Positions 37,684-50,844 of a stretch of DNA of 64,000 nucleotides are shown here, piece after piece. The stretch is taken from NCBI RefSeq assembly GCF_006345805.1, contig NC_042997.1, positions 170,376,001 through 170,440,000 on the forward strand, written 5' to 3'. How positions within the stretch are numbered: position 1 is the first letter of the stretch; every line of letters starts with the position of its first letter. This DNA comes from Octopus sinensis. Lineage: Eukaryota. A program made the position numbers and the translations under genes. A model generated the notes under the pieces. The model did no database searches. It was not told where the DNA came from and saw only the letters and a program-made list of their open reading frames with translations.

Positions 37684-38378
37684 TGTATGTATGTGTGTAT
37701 GTAAGGATGGATTGGTGGATGCATGGATGCTAGTTCTTTCTTTCTTGTTTGGGATTTATTTCCTTTTACCTTTGCAGAATTCAAGCTGGTCATATAACAA
37801 AATTTATAGCTGGATGTTCTTCCTGACACCATCAATTTTATTGGGTGCTTTTCATGTGGCACCAACACTAGTGAGGTTACCAAGTAGCTCACAAGACAAG
37901 ACCCCCACCTCACTGAAGGGGAGGGGAATAATATTGATGGAGGTGGCTTTATGCCAGGTAATGGGATGCTAAAGTATGATAGGGGGACTGGAACAGGTGC
38001 CTTGCTGTAGGGAAGATTCGTGGTTACTCCATTTGGAAGAGAAAGGAGGATGGTGGTGAAGATGTGCCAGGATGTACCCTCAAGTTAAGGGAAACACACT
38101 GACTTCGTATAATAAGATGGCAACATAGTATCATGTTCTGCATTTTACATATAACTTAGACTCTCTTAGAACATCAATGATCAGTTTGAAATGTCAATAA
38201 AAGCCCGTAGTTTTTGTGTTACAGATATATATAAATAAATATTAGACATTATAGCACCAGTATGAGGTAGAATGGAATAACTATTTTCTCTCAAATTTTT
38301 TCTTGTCTTAAATTAGTGCTAGTACTGTGCAAGTAGATATTTTTATTGAGATTCTTAGTGATTAATTCATTTATAATA

Positions 38379-38944
38379 TTGGGTTGTCCGGAAAGTTTGT
38401 GCCGATTTATAGTAGCTTACCTTTCGACTTATTTTACAACATGGTTGAGTCCATAAAATAGTATTTGACTACACCTCCATTTAGAGCACAGCTTAAGCTA
38501 TCTTTTCGTGGAAGAAGGCTTCTGTTCCTATAACCTGTGTTAATTCTGTAACCCTTTAAAATGGAAGATAAGAAAGTTCATTTTTGGCACTTGATGTTTT
38601 GGAAGGCAGACAAAAATTGCTGCAGCTTGGCTGGGATGTGTTACTCCATCCTCCATATTCACCAGATATTGCTCCTTCAGATTTCCACTTATTCAGGTGT
38701 CTGTAGAATAGTCTTAATGGTAAAAATTTCAATTCCTTGGATGATGTAAAAAGATACCTTGATGAATTCTTTGCCATGAAACCACCTCAATTCTGGGAAG
38801 AGGGTATTTTCAAGTTAAAGGAAAGATGGAGACATGTTGTGCAACAAAATGGTTCATATTTGGTTGATTAAAAATGTAATGGTAAGTATTTATTGACCTT
38901 TTTCTTTCCTTTAAAAATCGGCATGAACTTTCCAGACAACCCGA
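38379..38944 (+). mobile_element. Internally deleted mariner (566 bp)
   Basis: TA-flanked 30-bp TIRs ttgggttgtccggaaagtttgtgccgattt; LLHPPYSPDIAPSDFHLFR motif. Confidence 0.92.
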
Positions 38945-39041
38945 TAATTATATAAAATTTTCTCTTGCATGTCAATGTTGATGATAATTGACAAAATATC
39001 ATTAACAAGTGAATTAATTTATTTTTGTTTTTACTATGTAG

Positions 39042-39108
39042 GGAGTATTTATTACATTTACCGAATCCCAAATATCAGTTTATGTTTATGCAAAGAACAC
39101 TTTACATG
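39042..39108 (+). CDS. WDR19: WDR19 exon, GVFITFTESQISVYVYAKNTLH
   Basis: ctatgtag / ATG|gtgagt; matches [23 protein letters not shown]; 67 nt. Confidence 0.9.
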
Positions 39109-39699
39109 GTGAGTGACTAATGTCAAATTTTCTTCTTTTCTTGTAATATTTGAGATATCCAAGCCAGTGAAGCAGGCCCTGTGGTTTTCAGTAGTTTTCA
39201 ACTACTTTTGATCCATGGTACATTGATTAAGTTATTAAAATTATTATGGCACATCATTTGCTTTTTAAAGTTTTTATTAAAAAAATGAATATTAATATTG
39301 TTACAACTCTTTTGATCCCAACCAACCTGGGAGGCCATTCTCATTCTATGATAAAACAAACATTAATTTTAAATGTGTTCATATTTAAATTTTACTCTTC
39401 AATCATAATTGTTTTAAACACCAGGTTGATCATCACAGAGTTATTTTATTAAATACCATCAAATTCTTGATTATTTAAAAAATTAATTGAAACACATAGA
39501 CCGAGTATTTTATTAGCAATATGGACATGAAAGACTGAAGACAAAGATGAATATATGCCTTGTACTCAGTCTCAAAGGAATGTACTTATATTGGTACAGT
39601 GTATTAAATATCCTGGTTTTTTACAACTCAACCTTTTTGTGTGTTGTGACAATTCTATGTGACTGTTTGGTCTGCTAGAATTATACATTTCTATCTTAA

Positions 39700-39919
39700 C
39701 CCTTTTGTTACTGTATTTATTTTCAGATGCTCTGTGTTTCTTTCAGTTACTTTAAATATAACAAAGAATCTAGTAAAATAACTTAGTTATCATTCATCTA
39801 GGGTTAGGAACATAAATTGTGACTAAGGTTTGGTGGAAGATTTTAATTCAAAACTTACGAAAACAAGACATTTGCACTCAGAGCCAGAGCCGGTTTCATC
39901 CGGGTTGGTAACGAAAGGG
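39700..39919. mobile_element. piggyBac-type MITE
   Basis: TTAA TSD at 39696-39699 and 39920-39923; TIRs cccttttgttac / gtaacgaaaggg. Confidence 0.85.
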
Positions 39920-41271
39920 TTAAGCAAGGGAAGTACATATTGGTAAATATAGCCCTATGTAACCTTAAAAAGAAAGGATGGGAACTGTTTAATCAGGGCT
40001 TAGTGGGGGTTAAGCCACAACAACATCTTATTACAGTATATGAAGAGTGTAATAGCATTTCTTTCATACTACGTAGGAGGGAGAGTGTAGAGCAACATAA
40101 CAATAATAATGCTGTTATACAGTATCATAAGGATTCCTGTAACAGTACAGGGATCTCTTTGATACTCAATAACTGTACAAAAGAAATTAGTTTAATAATA
40201 AGTGATGATATATTATGTTACAATAAGTCTCTGATACAATGTAATGAAGACAGTGCTATAAAATGTTAATGTGTATCATCTTGTTAGTGTTCTTAGCCCT
40301 AAGTTAGCTCTATTTTAATGGATCTGTGACCAAAGGCATTCCACCTATGACTGTCCTGTTTTTCTCTTTTGTTTCTAGTTACAATGTATCTTGGATATGT
40401 TAGCAATGTATCTACATTTTTTAAGATGTAAAAAAAAAGAAAGAAAAAATTGGCTGCTCTTTCTAGCGGATTTAGCAACCATGTAGAGGCTCTCTTGATA
40501 TAGTAGTGTGACAGCTTGATGCTGTATAAGAGGAAGCTGTGCAACTTTACATAGGCCAAGTTGAGTTCTACAGTTTTGAGTCATCAAACATTCAGATATG
40601 ATGCAGTATGTGGAAACCATTTGAAGATTGATTTTTAACTTTGTTCATCGTTGTTGGTGGTGGCGGCGGCATCACCATCATCATCATCATCATCAATTAA
40701 CATATGTCTTCCAGGCTGGCATGAGTTTGGTTGTAATTACAATAAAAATAAAAAATCTGTCTTCGCAAGTGTCATATAGTTGTCAAAATGTTGTGTGTTT
40801 GTGACAAAAAAAAAATCTTTGAACTGAAAGTAAAATAAGATCTTAAAAGTTTAAGTTTGTTATTATAACACACACCCTTCTGTTCAGAATATCTGACCAT
40901 AATTAAATTGCCTGTTTCTGATACTTCCTTGTTTTTTGTCATCTATACTACAGTTCTCTTTCACCTGTACTATGATTCTCTTTATAAATCTTGTACCAAA
41001 CATGACATGCAATCTTTCATTCTTCTGACAGTCTGTTATTTTGATGAAGGCCATCACTTATCTCTTTGGTTTTCTAATCCTGAAAATCATTTGAAGGTTA
41101 TTAAGAGCAGTGTACGATAAAATTTATGTGACATTTCTGTCACAATTTTGTGTTCCATCAATTTATCTATTCTTTACATCAAAAGTCAGTGCTGAAGCTT
41201 TAACATTAGCCTGCCCAATGCAGCAGCTAAATGTTCCTTAGTATTTAGTGATGGCAGTACTATTTGTAATG

Positions 41272-41643
41272 AATGTCAATTTGTACATCCAACTTAACAT
41301 GGGCATAATGTGAAAATGCCATAAACTGTGGCATTCATCATGAGAAATTATCTCTTATAGAAATATTGTGCTAAAAAGCACAGAATATATTAGTAGATGA
41401 AAGATGTCAGTATCAGCTGTGGAACTGCTAGATCACATAATTTCTGTTGCGCAACTTCACAGCAGACACCCAGTCACTGTGTGCTTAGCCAAATTTTGTC
41501 ATTATCATTACTGATATAGGAAAACCAATCAGTCAATGGTGTCACAAACAACTTGCAGGCTGTGTAAGCATTTTAAATGAAAACCTCAGTTTATGGCATT
41601 TTCACAGTACGTCCATGTTAAGTTGGATATTCAAATTGATATT
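41272..41643. mobile_element. MITE-like element with 57-bp inverted arms
   Basis: 41272-41328 vs 41587-41643, 51/57 complementary; superfamily unresolved. Confidence 0.6.
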
Positions 41644-42135
41644 TGTTTCTTAGTGTATATATATATATATATATTGTTCCTCTAATTTTTCAAAATATGC
41701 ACTGCATGTTATTTTAGTCTAAAATCTTAGATTATCATACTCAGTTGCTAATTAGGATTCTAAGTATTAAATAAGGTGCTTCCAAGTCTTAGGTCTAATG
41801 AACCAGAGCAACAATTTTCAAGTATCTTAATCCATTGCCCAGTTTAACACTGTTACCTGGTCTTTGGGTGCCTCTTGTAGAGTTCATTCTTTTGTAAGAA
41901 TTCAGGCCAGGTGTCCAGTTGAGGACACCTCTCTTCCTCCCACCAGTCTCAAAGATCCCGAAAAGAGTCATGGACACAGCACTGCCCTTTGATTAAGCAA
42001 TGAAAATATTTAAAAAAAAAAAAGCAAAAATTAAAAAATTTTAATGCCATTATTCTTAAGTCTGAAAAATCTGATTGTTCCTCTTTGATATTTTTTTTAT
42101 ATACTAATTTTCCTTTTTATTTTTATTTTCCACAG

Positions 42136-42308
42136 GTAGCACTTGTGAATTTGTTTACCAGTGTAAAACTCCTTTTTGTCAAATTCCAGTACTTCTTAAT
42201 AATGGACAGGTAACCTTGCTTAACCAAAGCGGTCGTTTAGTCACAATGATACTCTCATGTTTTTCACTTGTGATGAAAACAGATCTATCAGAAATATCAA
42301 AAACTAAG
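42136..42308 (+). CDS. WDR19: WDR19 exon, (G)STCEFVYQCKTPFCQIPVLLNNGQVTLLNQSGRLVTMILSCFSLVMKTDLSEISKTK
   Basis: ttttccacag / AAG|gtaaga; aligns to [26 protein letters not shown]; 173 nt, phases fit. Confidence 0.9.
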
Positions 42309-43464
42309 GTAAGAAATTATAATCTTATTGTATTTTTTGTAAGCTACAACACTCTTTTTATTGTGGAGGTGTATGTTGTGAATGACTTCACTCTTAGATG
42401 CAAAATTATTTTTAATCTTTTGCCATTACTGTTGTCTCTCCTATTTCTTCTCTTCTTCCATACTTTCATTCCAGTTACTCTGTTTCTCACCTCCTTACTC
42501 AGGCATCTTTTCTCTCTTTCACCCTAGCTTTTTTGCAATCACCTTCTTTTCTACCTACTTTTTTACTCTCATTGTCCCAAATAACAGTATTGAGCAGTGA
42601 GGGCCTGTTTTGCTTTGTGGGGACCAGGAAAACCTCACAGGAACTGGTGCCAGAAGTACACTCTGTGAAGTGGTTGCAGAATGAGATAAGGAAACTTAAG
42701 GTTGAGAGGACTCTTTAATCTTGTCTTGTCTTGACAAGGACAGGTTAAACTCACTAGTGCTGGTGCCATGATAACATATACCCAGTACACTTTATAAAGT
42801 GGTTGGTGTTAAGGGCATCTAGCCATATAAACTGAACCAAAATTATATATTTAAGTGAGATATGATTCTCCAATCCATTTAAGAGGGTAGTCACTCCAAA
42901 TAAAAACTGATTTGGATTGTGAAAACCTGTCCAACCCATACCAGCAAGGAAAGCTGATATAAAGTGATGATGATGACAATGAGGTAATACACAGCATTGA
43001 ATTAGTTTCAGTAAATTACTAGTGCTTGTGATATTGATCACAGTGATTTGGGGATGAAAAGCGCTAATAGGGTAATTAGAAATATGAGACATTTACGAAA
43101 TTAAATCCAACCTTTCTATGCAAATCCTACTAATCTATATACTACAAATCTTATGTATCCTTTTACTCATTTCATTTATTAGATTGCAACAATGCTGAAG
43201 CTCTCTCTTGAAGGGATTTACTCAATCCTGTCAACCCTAATGCTTATTTTTTCTCAAAGACTGGTACTTATTGATCCCTGTTTGTTGAACTGTTAAGCAA
43301 TGGAAAATAAACAAGTTATTGGACATAATTAAATGTAGTGATTCACAAGTGGTGATGATACGTATAAAGACAAACATAGAGACAGATACATACCCAAACA
43401 CACATGCACACATACATAGCATAGATGATATGTAATACACACATCCATACTTGTATATATATAT

Positions 43465-43765
43465 ATATCATCATCATCATCATCGTTTAACATCCGCTTT
43501 CCATGCTAGTATGGGTTGGATGATTTGACCGAGGTCTGGCGAACCAGACTCCAATCTGATCTGGCAGAGTTTCTACAGCTAGATGCCCTTCCTAACGCCA
43601 ACCACTCCAAGAGTGTAGTGGGTGCTTTTACGTGCCACCGGCACGAAGGCCAGTTTGTTGGTACTGGCAGTGGTTACGCTCAAATGGTGCTTTGTATGTG
43701 CCACCTGCACAGGAGCCAGTCCAGCGGAACTGGCAACGATCTCGCTCGAATGTTTCGACCTCGCT
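43465..43765 (-). mobile_element. RTE 3'-tail fragment in (TA)n
   Basis: shared tail. Confidence 0.85.
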
Positions 43766-43811
43766 CATATATATGTGTGTGTGTGTGTGTGTGTATGTGT
43801 GTGTGTGTGTG

Positions 43812-43884
<73 letters not shown>

Positions 43885-44861
43885 GTATACACACACACAC
43901 ACACATATATATATACATATATGTAGTCAATTCAAATAAAAGGATAAAAAATGAAAATAAAGAAGAAAGACAATGAATGTGAAGATGTGCACAAGAAGTA
44001 TATTAGCTGTAGCAGATACTTTACAGTGGGATTGAACCCCAAACCATGTGATTGTGAAGTTAAACTCTCTTTACTGCACAGCTGTGCTTACATCTAAATA
44101 TGAAGTTTATTATTAAATATCCAATATAAATTCAGCTAGGGATATACAAAGATAATATTCTATTTAAGAACTAATTATTTGTGGCAGATGGTTTATGTAT
44201 TTAAGAGCAATATTAGGTTCTTCACTCCTCTCAGCAACTGAACTTATCAAATTCTACTTCGAACTTGCCTCTAGGATAATTATTGCCAACACAAACCATC
44301 ACTGGTTTTCTTGAATTCCAGATTTTTTACCTTGGAGTTATGGTTATTGATTGGTTTCTGTAGAAACAGCTGCTTAAGTTTAGAACTATAATGATTGTAA
44401 AAATGTCTAATTTTACTTGTGGTGTTTTTGAGCTATTTGTGGCTAAATCCGTCCACTTTAATAAATAATGCAATTTCTGCTGCAGAAATTTCCCCCACCT
44501 CCTTCCCTGAGATTCTGATGGAGAAATTATCTTCATTGGTAGTTAGTTTGAAATTATTAATTTCAGCAGACAATGGATGGTTTTGAGGAAATATCTAAAG
44601 ATTGAAGTATCAACACTTGTCATTTCACTCTCTTTTTTATTAATTTTTTAACTGAGACTGTAAGATAGATGTTTTTGGGTTGTTGACTGTAGGGACATCA
44701 GTTCAAAGCAGCTTGTTATTGTTAGTATTCTATACCTTTGTTAATGTGTGTGTCTCTCTTTCTCACTTTCTCTTGCATTCCTATTTCATAGCCAAGGGTT
44801 TCTTGGTTGGAAAGGAAAGGCATTGAGTTACAATATTACCTGAAAAATTCATATGCACATA

Positions 44862-45026
44862 GGCGCAGGAGTGGCTGTTTGGTGAGTAGCTTGCTTACCA
44901 ACCACATGGTTCTGGGTTCGGTCCCACTGCGTGGCACCTTGGGCAAGTGTTTTCTACTATAGCCTCGAGCTGACCAAAGCCTTGTGAGTGGATTTGGTAG
45001 ACGAAAACTGAAAGAAACCCGTCGTA

Positions 45027-45069
<43 letters not shown>

Positions 45070-45280
45070 GTGTGTGTCTGCGTTTGTCCCCACCAACATA
45101 GCTTGACAACCGATGGTGGTGTGTTTATGTCCCTGTAACTTAGCGGTTCAGCAAAAGAGACCAATAGAATAAGTACTAGGCTTACAAAAAATAAGTCCTG
45201 GGGTTGATTTGCTCGACTAAAGGTGGTGCTCCAGCATGGCCACAGTCAAATGACTGAAACAAGTAAAAGAGTAAAGAGTA
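44862..45280 (+). mobile_element. SINE family A (full length)
   Basis: ggcgcaggagtggctg head to (GAGTAAA)n tail. Confidence 0.92.
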
Positions 45281-45572
45281 TCAATTGAGAACAATGGTAA
45301 TAACTCCACTCTGTTCTTACTCTGACAACTATGATTTTGAAGCACCTGTCTTCACTACTAATTAGGTTGTCTCGGTAAAAGAAGCTATCAATTACTTCTA
45401 TGGAGCCTTCTCAGCATTTGAAAGAATTTATTTCATCAGTGCTCTTACTGCTTAGTACTTCTGTACAATTGTATTATATGAAGATTTTTTCCTCTGTCAA
45501 CCTACTTGTGATCCCATACTACTCCTTTTGGATCCATAGTTTATATTCAATATACCATATGGAATTCTTACA

Positions 45573-45979
45573 TCTTTTATCTTTTACTTGTTTCAGTCAT
45601 TAGACTGTGGCCATGCTGGGGCACCACCTTGAAAAATTTTAGTTGAACGAATTGACATCACATTTTTTTAAAGCCTGGTCCTTGTTCTGTTCCTCTTTTT
45701 TTGCCAAACTACTAAGTTATGGGTGCATAGACAAACCAACACTGGTTGTCAAGCAGTAATGGGGAACACACACACACACACACACGTATGCATGCACGCA
45801 CACACAGAACCCTCACACACACACTTGATGAGCTTCTTTTAGTTTCTGTCAACCAAATCCACTCACAAAGCTTTGGTCAGCCCAAGGTTATGGTAGAAGA
45901 CACTTGCCCCAAGTGTCATGCAGTGGGAATGGACCATGAACCATGGGAAGCAAACTTCTTACCACACTGCCACATGCCT
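45573..45979 (-). mobile_element. SINE family A (older, diverged)
   Basis: reverse-complement similarity to 44862-45280. Confidence 0.78.
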
Positions 45980-46019
45980 ATTCATTCTTTATATATTAGG
46001 CATGGCCTCTTTCCAAATA

Positions 46020-46245
46020 TCAGTAGAGTTCTGTCTTACTTATAACTAAAACTTTTGTCTTTGCCAAATTTTGTTTGAGGTTTCTTGGTTCTAGGCTTTG
46101 CTTCCATATTTTGAAATTCTTCTTTAAACCTTTGACTGATTCAGTTATGAGACCTAGATGATTGGCATATTGGTATGCTGGAGTTCCTATGGATAATCTC
46201 TCACTATATAAAGCTGAAGTTGTCTGTGAAGGTTTGGTAGCCTTC
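46020..46245 (-). mobile_element. Small degenerate RTE RT fragment
   Basis: YQYANHLGLITES...KIWKQSLE...NLAKTKVLV resembles LYADDLALIAES...KVWKQGLE. Confidence 0.65.
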
Positions 46246-46256
46246 AACTAACACTA

Positions 46257-46581
46257 TCTCCTCTGAGACCCTGTGGTGCAAGTTGACCAAAATTGAGACT
46301 ATGATAGAAGAAGGCTCGCTCTACCTTCCGTAGAAGAAAAAATTCACATCGGACTATGTTAACATCAAAAATTATTTACATCAAAAAGGTGCTTTTTTTC
46401 TATGAAAATCCCTATTTTTTTACGATTTTTTGACTGCTGTCTCACCATTTTTCGGTGTATTTCAACCAGAAAAATGTTCACTCAAAGAGAATAACAAGCT
46501 ACACAATGCAAAATTTTTACTTTTCAAAAGTTCCAATTCTAAAGGGTCAAAACAGACCTCAACGTCGGGTGATACTGCTAG
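46257..46581 (+). mobile_element. Possible non-autonomous Helitron
   Basis: ends caacgtcgggtgatactgCTAG|T like the 36238 terminus, but the hairpin is degenerate and the 5' end uncertain. Confidence 0.35.
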
Positions 46582-47022
46582 TCTGTTATAAACTCCTTTG
46601 TTATGATCTGAGGAACTCTAATGAATAGGAGAGAACTGAAAATGGAGTTTTGATGGAACCACTTGTAAGCTAAATTTCTTGCTGAGAACATTACCAATCC
46701 ACACCTTGCTGATAGCATCTCTGTATGTTGATCACATGAAGTTCTTATGCTGCCATCCTAGATGTAGGATGGTTGAGGGGGATACAGTTTTGCATTGCCT
46801 GCACATGGGTATGAGTTCAAATCTGCTCCTAGAAGTTCTAGGTAGAACATTAATTGTATTATATTTTACAGTGTCCCTGTTCACCTAGTTATCAGAAATA
46901 GGTACCAGATCATCTGAAAATTTTAATAGTGAGAGCCTATCATGTTATCTAGAGAGAGATTTATCTCTCATGTGATAAATGAGGTTATCCTGGATTTAGG
47001 AGGTCCTTTTTTTTATACCAAT

Positions 47023-47365
47023 CATCATCATCATTTAACGTCTGCTTTCCATGCTAGCATGGGTTGGACGGTTTGACTGAGGTCTGGCGAACCTGACTCC
47101 AATCTGATCTGGTAGAGTTTCTACAGCTGGATGCCCTTCCTAACGCCAACCACTCCGAGAGTGTAGTGGGTGCTTTTATGTGCCACCGGCACGAGGGCCA
47201 GTTTGGTGGTACTGGCAACGGCCAGGCCCAAATGGTGCTTTTTAACGTGCCACCTGCACAGGAGCCAGTCCAGCGGCACTGGCGACGACCTCGCTCGAAT
47301 ATTTCACATGCCACCAGCACAAGTGCTGGTAAGGGGACGCGGTAACAATCACACTTGAATGGTGT
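47023..47365 (-). mobile_element. RTE 3'-tail fragment
   Basis: shared tail plus 3 UTR units. Confidence 0.85.
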
Positions 47366-47576
47366 ATAATTGTTAATGTGTTTACTTTGTAAGTATGTTT
47401 CATTCTCAGAGAAACTTTTCCTAATTTTCTCTGTTGTTTACCAATTGATGAGTGTGTGTGCATTTCTGTGTGTATTTATATGTGTATCTGTATGAGTGAG
47501 TATGTATGTTTCTGTATATTTCTGGTTATATTAGATATATACCATTTACATTTACACTTGGTTTGTTTCATTTCAG

Positions 47577-47614
47577 CTTCAAGAGAGTTTGGCGTTGTGT
47601 ATCAAACTAAGAAG
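47577..47614 (+). CDS. WDR19: WDR19 short exon, LQESLALCIKLR(R)
   Basis: tttcatttcag / AAG|gtgaga; 38 nt, phase 0 in and phase 2 out, exactly bridging the flanking exons; aligns to LRPMLAQNLMLKR. Confidence 0.85.
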
Positions 47615-48139
47615 GTGAGATTCATTTGGGCTTTAGTTATTACTACTGTTGTTTATGCCAGGTCAGTCTTGATGAAGCAGACATGTAATCAAAAATACAA
47701 TTGTGACCTGCTTTTTTGTATAATGAGGACTACATTATCCAATGTGTTCATCAATTTTTAAAAAGTTTGTGGAGTATGATTGAAGATAATTTGGTTGCTA
47801 TTTCTAGCAGCAAAAATTGTTTTCAATCTGCATAGAAGCTCTGTCATTGGCTATGTTCTATAGCTATATTATTACTGTTATCTTTATCTTCAGATTATCA
47901 ATACTGTTGCGGTTGTAATAGCCTCAGATCATGATTATCCTGTATTTTTATATATCCAGTGCTGAATTTTGCAATGTTTCTATCCTTTTTCAAGACAAGT
48001 GAGTGGGAATCATCAAGATTTAGCTGTAATATAGCAGGTTTAATGCCCATGTAAATATTCTTTTGCTGTTTTTATATTTTACTCATACTATCACAACAGC
48101 ATAACAATATCAGTTTGATTGGGATGTAATGGTAAAAAA

Positions 48140-49290
48140 CTGTGGTTTTCAACCAGGGTTCATGTGGTCTTTGGGCAGTGGGTGTCCATATAAAATTTTG
48201 TTGTTAAAATGTATGTGCAATAAATTGATTATACTTGTACAATGTTGAAGATAGTTTAACAATATTTTTATGTAATTCCTTATTCTTTTACTCTTTTACT
48301 TGTTTCTGTCATTTGACTGTGGCTATGCTGGAGCACTGCCTTTAGTCGAGCAAATTGACCCCAGACCTTATTCTTTGTAAGCCTAGTATTTATTCTATCG
48401 GTCTCTTTTGCCGAACCGCTAAGTTACAGGGACGTAAACACACCAGCATCGGTTGTCAAGCGATGTTGGTGGGGGGGGGGAACAAACACAAACACACAAA
48501 CATATACACACATGTACATATATATATATATATCATCATCATCATCATCGTTTAACGTCCGTTCTCCATGCTAGCATGGGTTGGACGGTTCGACCGGGGA
48601 TCTGGGAAGCCAGAAGGCTGCACCAGGCTCCGGTCTTATCTGGCAATGTTTCTACAGCTGGATGCCCTTCCTAACGCCAACCACTCCGTGAGTGTAGTGG
48701 GTGCTTTTTACGTGCCACCTGCACTGGTGCCAGGTGAGGCTGGCATCGGCCACGGTCGGATTGGTGCATTTTACGTGCCACCTGCACGGAAGCCAGTCGA
48801 GGCGGCACTGGCTTCGGCCACGATTCGGATGGTGCTTTTTACGTGCCACCGACACGGAAGCCAGTCGAGGCGGCGCTGGCATCGGCCACGATTCGGATAG
48901 TGCTTTTTACGTATCTCCAGTCCAGGGGTCCTGGCATCTGCCAGGTGCCAGTCATAGGATTGGTTCAATTTCGATATATATATATATATACACACACATA
49001 TATATGATGGGCTTCTTTCAGTTTCTGTCTACCAAATCCACTCACAAGGCTTTGGTTGGCCTGAGGCTATAGTAGAAGACACTTGCCCAAGGTGCCACAC
49101 AGTGGGACTGAACCCGGAACCATGTGGCTTGTAAGCAAGCTACTTACCACTCAGCCACTCCTACTCCTTATGATATTTAATTCTAAAAATGTAATAGGAT
49201 TTTTTTTAAACATTCAATGGTTATGAGGGTTCAACCTTGTAAAATAGGAATGAAAGGGGTTCAGAGATGAAAAGTGGTTGAAAACCACTA
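48140..49290. mobile_element. hAT MITE 2 family copy containing a SINE A (48284-49164, minus) that itself contains an RTE tail (48532-48974, minus)
   Basis: termini ctgtggttttcaacc / ggttgaaaaccacta and internal similarity to 26538-26773 on both sides of the SINE. Confidence 0.75.
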
Positions 49291-49644
49291 AAAGTAACTA
49301 TATAACAACTAAAACATTTTTGTCTGAAATTCTGAGGGATTATCCTTATACATGGTGTGTTTCCAAATACTGAAGAAGGCCAGAGGGTACAACAGCTGAA
49401 ACACTGTGACTTCAACAATCAATCAGAATGGGGACCAACCTGATTATACCAGTGTATAATCATGGTTTCACATTTTGGAACATGCCCAGAAAAACTGGTA
49501 CTTATTATATTGACTCTGAAAGGATGAATGGCAAAGTTGACCTTGGCAGTATTTGAGCTTAGACTGTAAAGAGCTGGAATAAATATTGCAAAGCATTTTG
49601 TCTGATGTGCTAATGATTCTGCTGGATTTCCACCGTTTATACCA

Positions 49645-50095
49645 TCATCATCATTTAATGTCCGCTTTCCGTGCTAGCATGGGTTGGACGATTTGACTGA
49701 GGTCTGGTGAACCAGACTCCAATCTGATCTGGCAGAGTTTCTACAGCTGGATGCCCTTCCTAATGCCAACCACTCCGAGAGTGTAGTGGATGCTTTTACG
49801 TGCCACCGGCACGAGGGCCAGTTTGGTGGTACAGGCAACGGCCACGCTCAAATGGTGCTTTTTATGTGCCACCTGCACAGGAGCGAGTCTAGCGGCACTG
49901 GCAACGACCTCGCTCAAATTTTTTTTTCACGTGCCACCAGCACAAGTACTAGTAAGGTGATGCAGGTAACGATTACGCTCGAATGGTGTGTTTAACGTGC
50001 CATTGGCATGAAGGCCAGCTTTTTGCTCTGGCAATGATTTCACTCATATGGTACTCTTGGCAATATATGGTACTCTTAGCAACGGATGCCAGTCA
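49645..50095 (-). mobile_element. RTE 3'-tail fragment
   Basis: shared tail plus UTR units. Confidence 0.85.
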
Positions 50096-50633
50096 CCGGT
50101 ATAATAAAATTGAATGAAAAAATGGATTTATTAGTATTTAAAACAATAGAACTATTGAAATAGACAAAGTCATCAGAAATTATTTCTGGAATTAATTAGA
50201 AGTTGTAGAGAAAAAAAAATTTAACTGGTCCAATTATCTCTCCTTATCCTGTGCGTATATGTGAGTATCTGTGTGTGTGTTTGTGTGTGTACCATAGATA
50301 GGATATTAGATTATTGTCTGAGAAACAACAAGGCTTTCCTACTCTTACTTGTCAGAGTTATTTTCAAATATTCTTCAGTTTCGAACCTCTATAACAAGTT
50401 GATTGTGCACATCTTTGCATTTCTTAAATGCATCTTTATTCTGTTTCAGCTGTTATAAACTATAGCATAGGCCACTTCACATTTCGCAGCTTAATATCTT
50501 ATAGCTCGGTAATGTGGTTGGCGTTAGGAAGGTGATCCAGTAGAAACCATGCCAAAGCTGACACTGGAGCTCACTGCAACCCTGGAGCTTGTCAAGCTTG
50601 CCAACCCATGCCAGAATGGAAAACAGACATTAA

Positions 50634-50844
50634 CCCTTTAGTGTTCGCATTATTCTGCCAAAATTAAGGCTTATTTATTCTCATTGTTTTGAACTAATCA
50701 TGTAGCTATGAGATTTTGATGAGGTGGCTGTTAATTTTTAAAACGATATTGTAGGGTTGGTGTGAAAGACCAGATCTGGCCAATTTGAACATAAAGCAGG
50801 CAGAATACTTTTGGCCGGATATGGCCGGTTTAAATGCTAAAGGG
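50634..50844. mobile_element. piggyBac-type MITE inserted into an RTE-type tail
   Basis: TTAA at 50630-50633 and 50845-50848; TIRs ccctttag / ctaaaggg; host tail resumes as (GAT)n. Confidence 0.85.

Noticed and set aside
43183-43240. Candidate WDR19 exon IATMLKLSLEG after ttcatttattag
   Set aside because: No GT donor in the required phase before a stop; 47577-47614 fits both phase and homology.
49362-49412. Third hammerhead candidate CUGAAGA-AGGC...GCU-GAAAC
   Set aside because: No UH cleavage triplet and no stem I complement; at most a heavily decayed relic.
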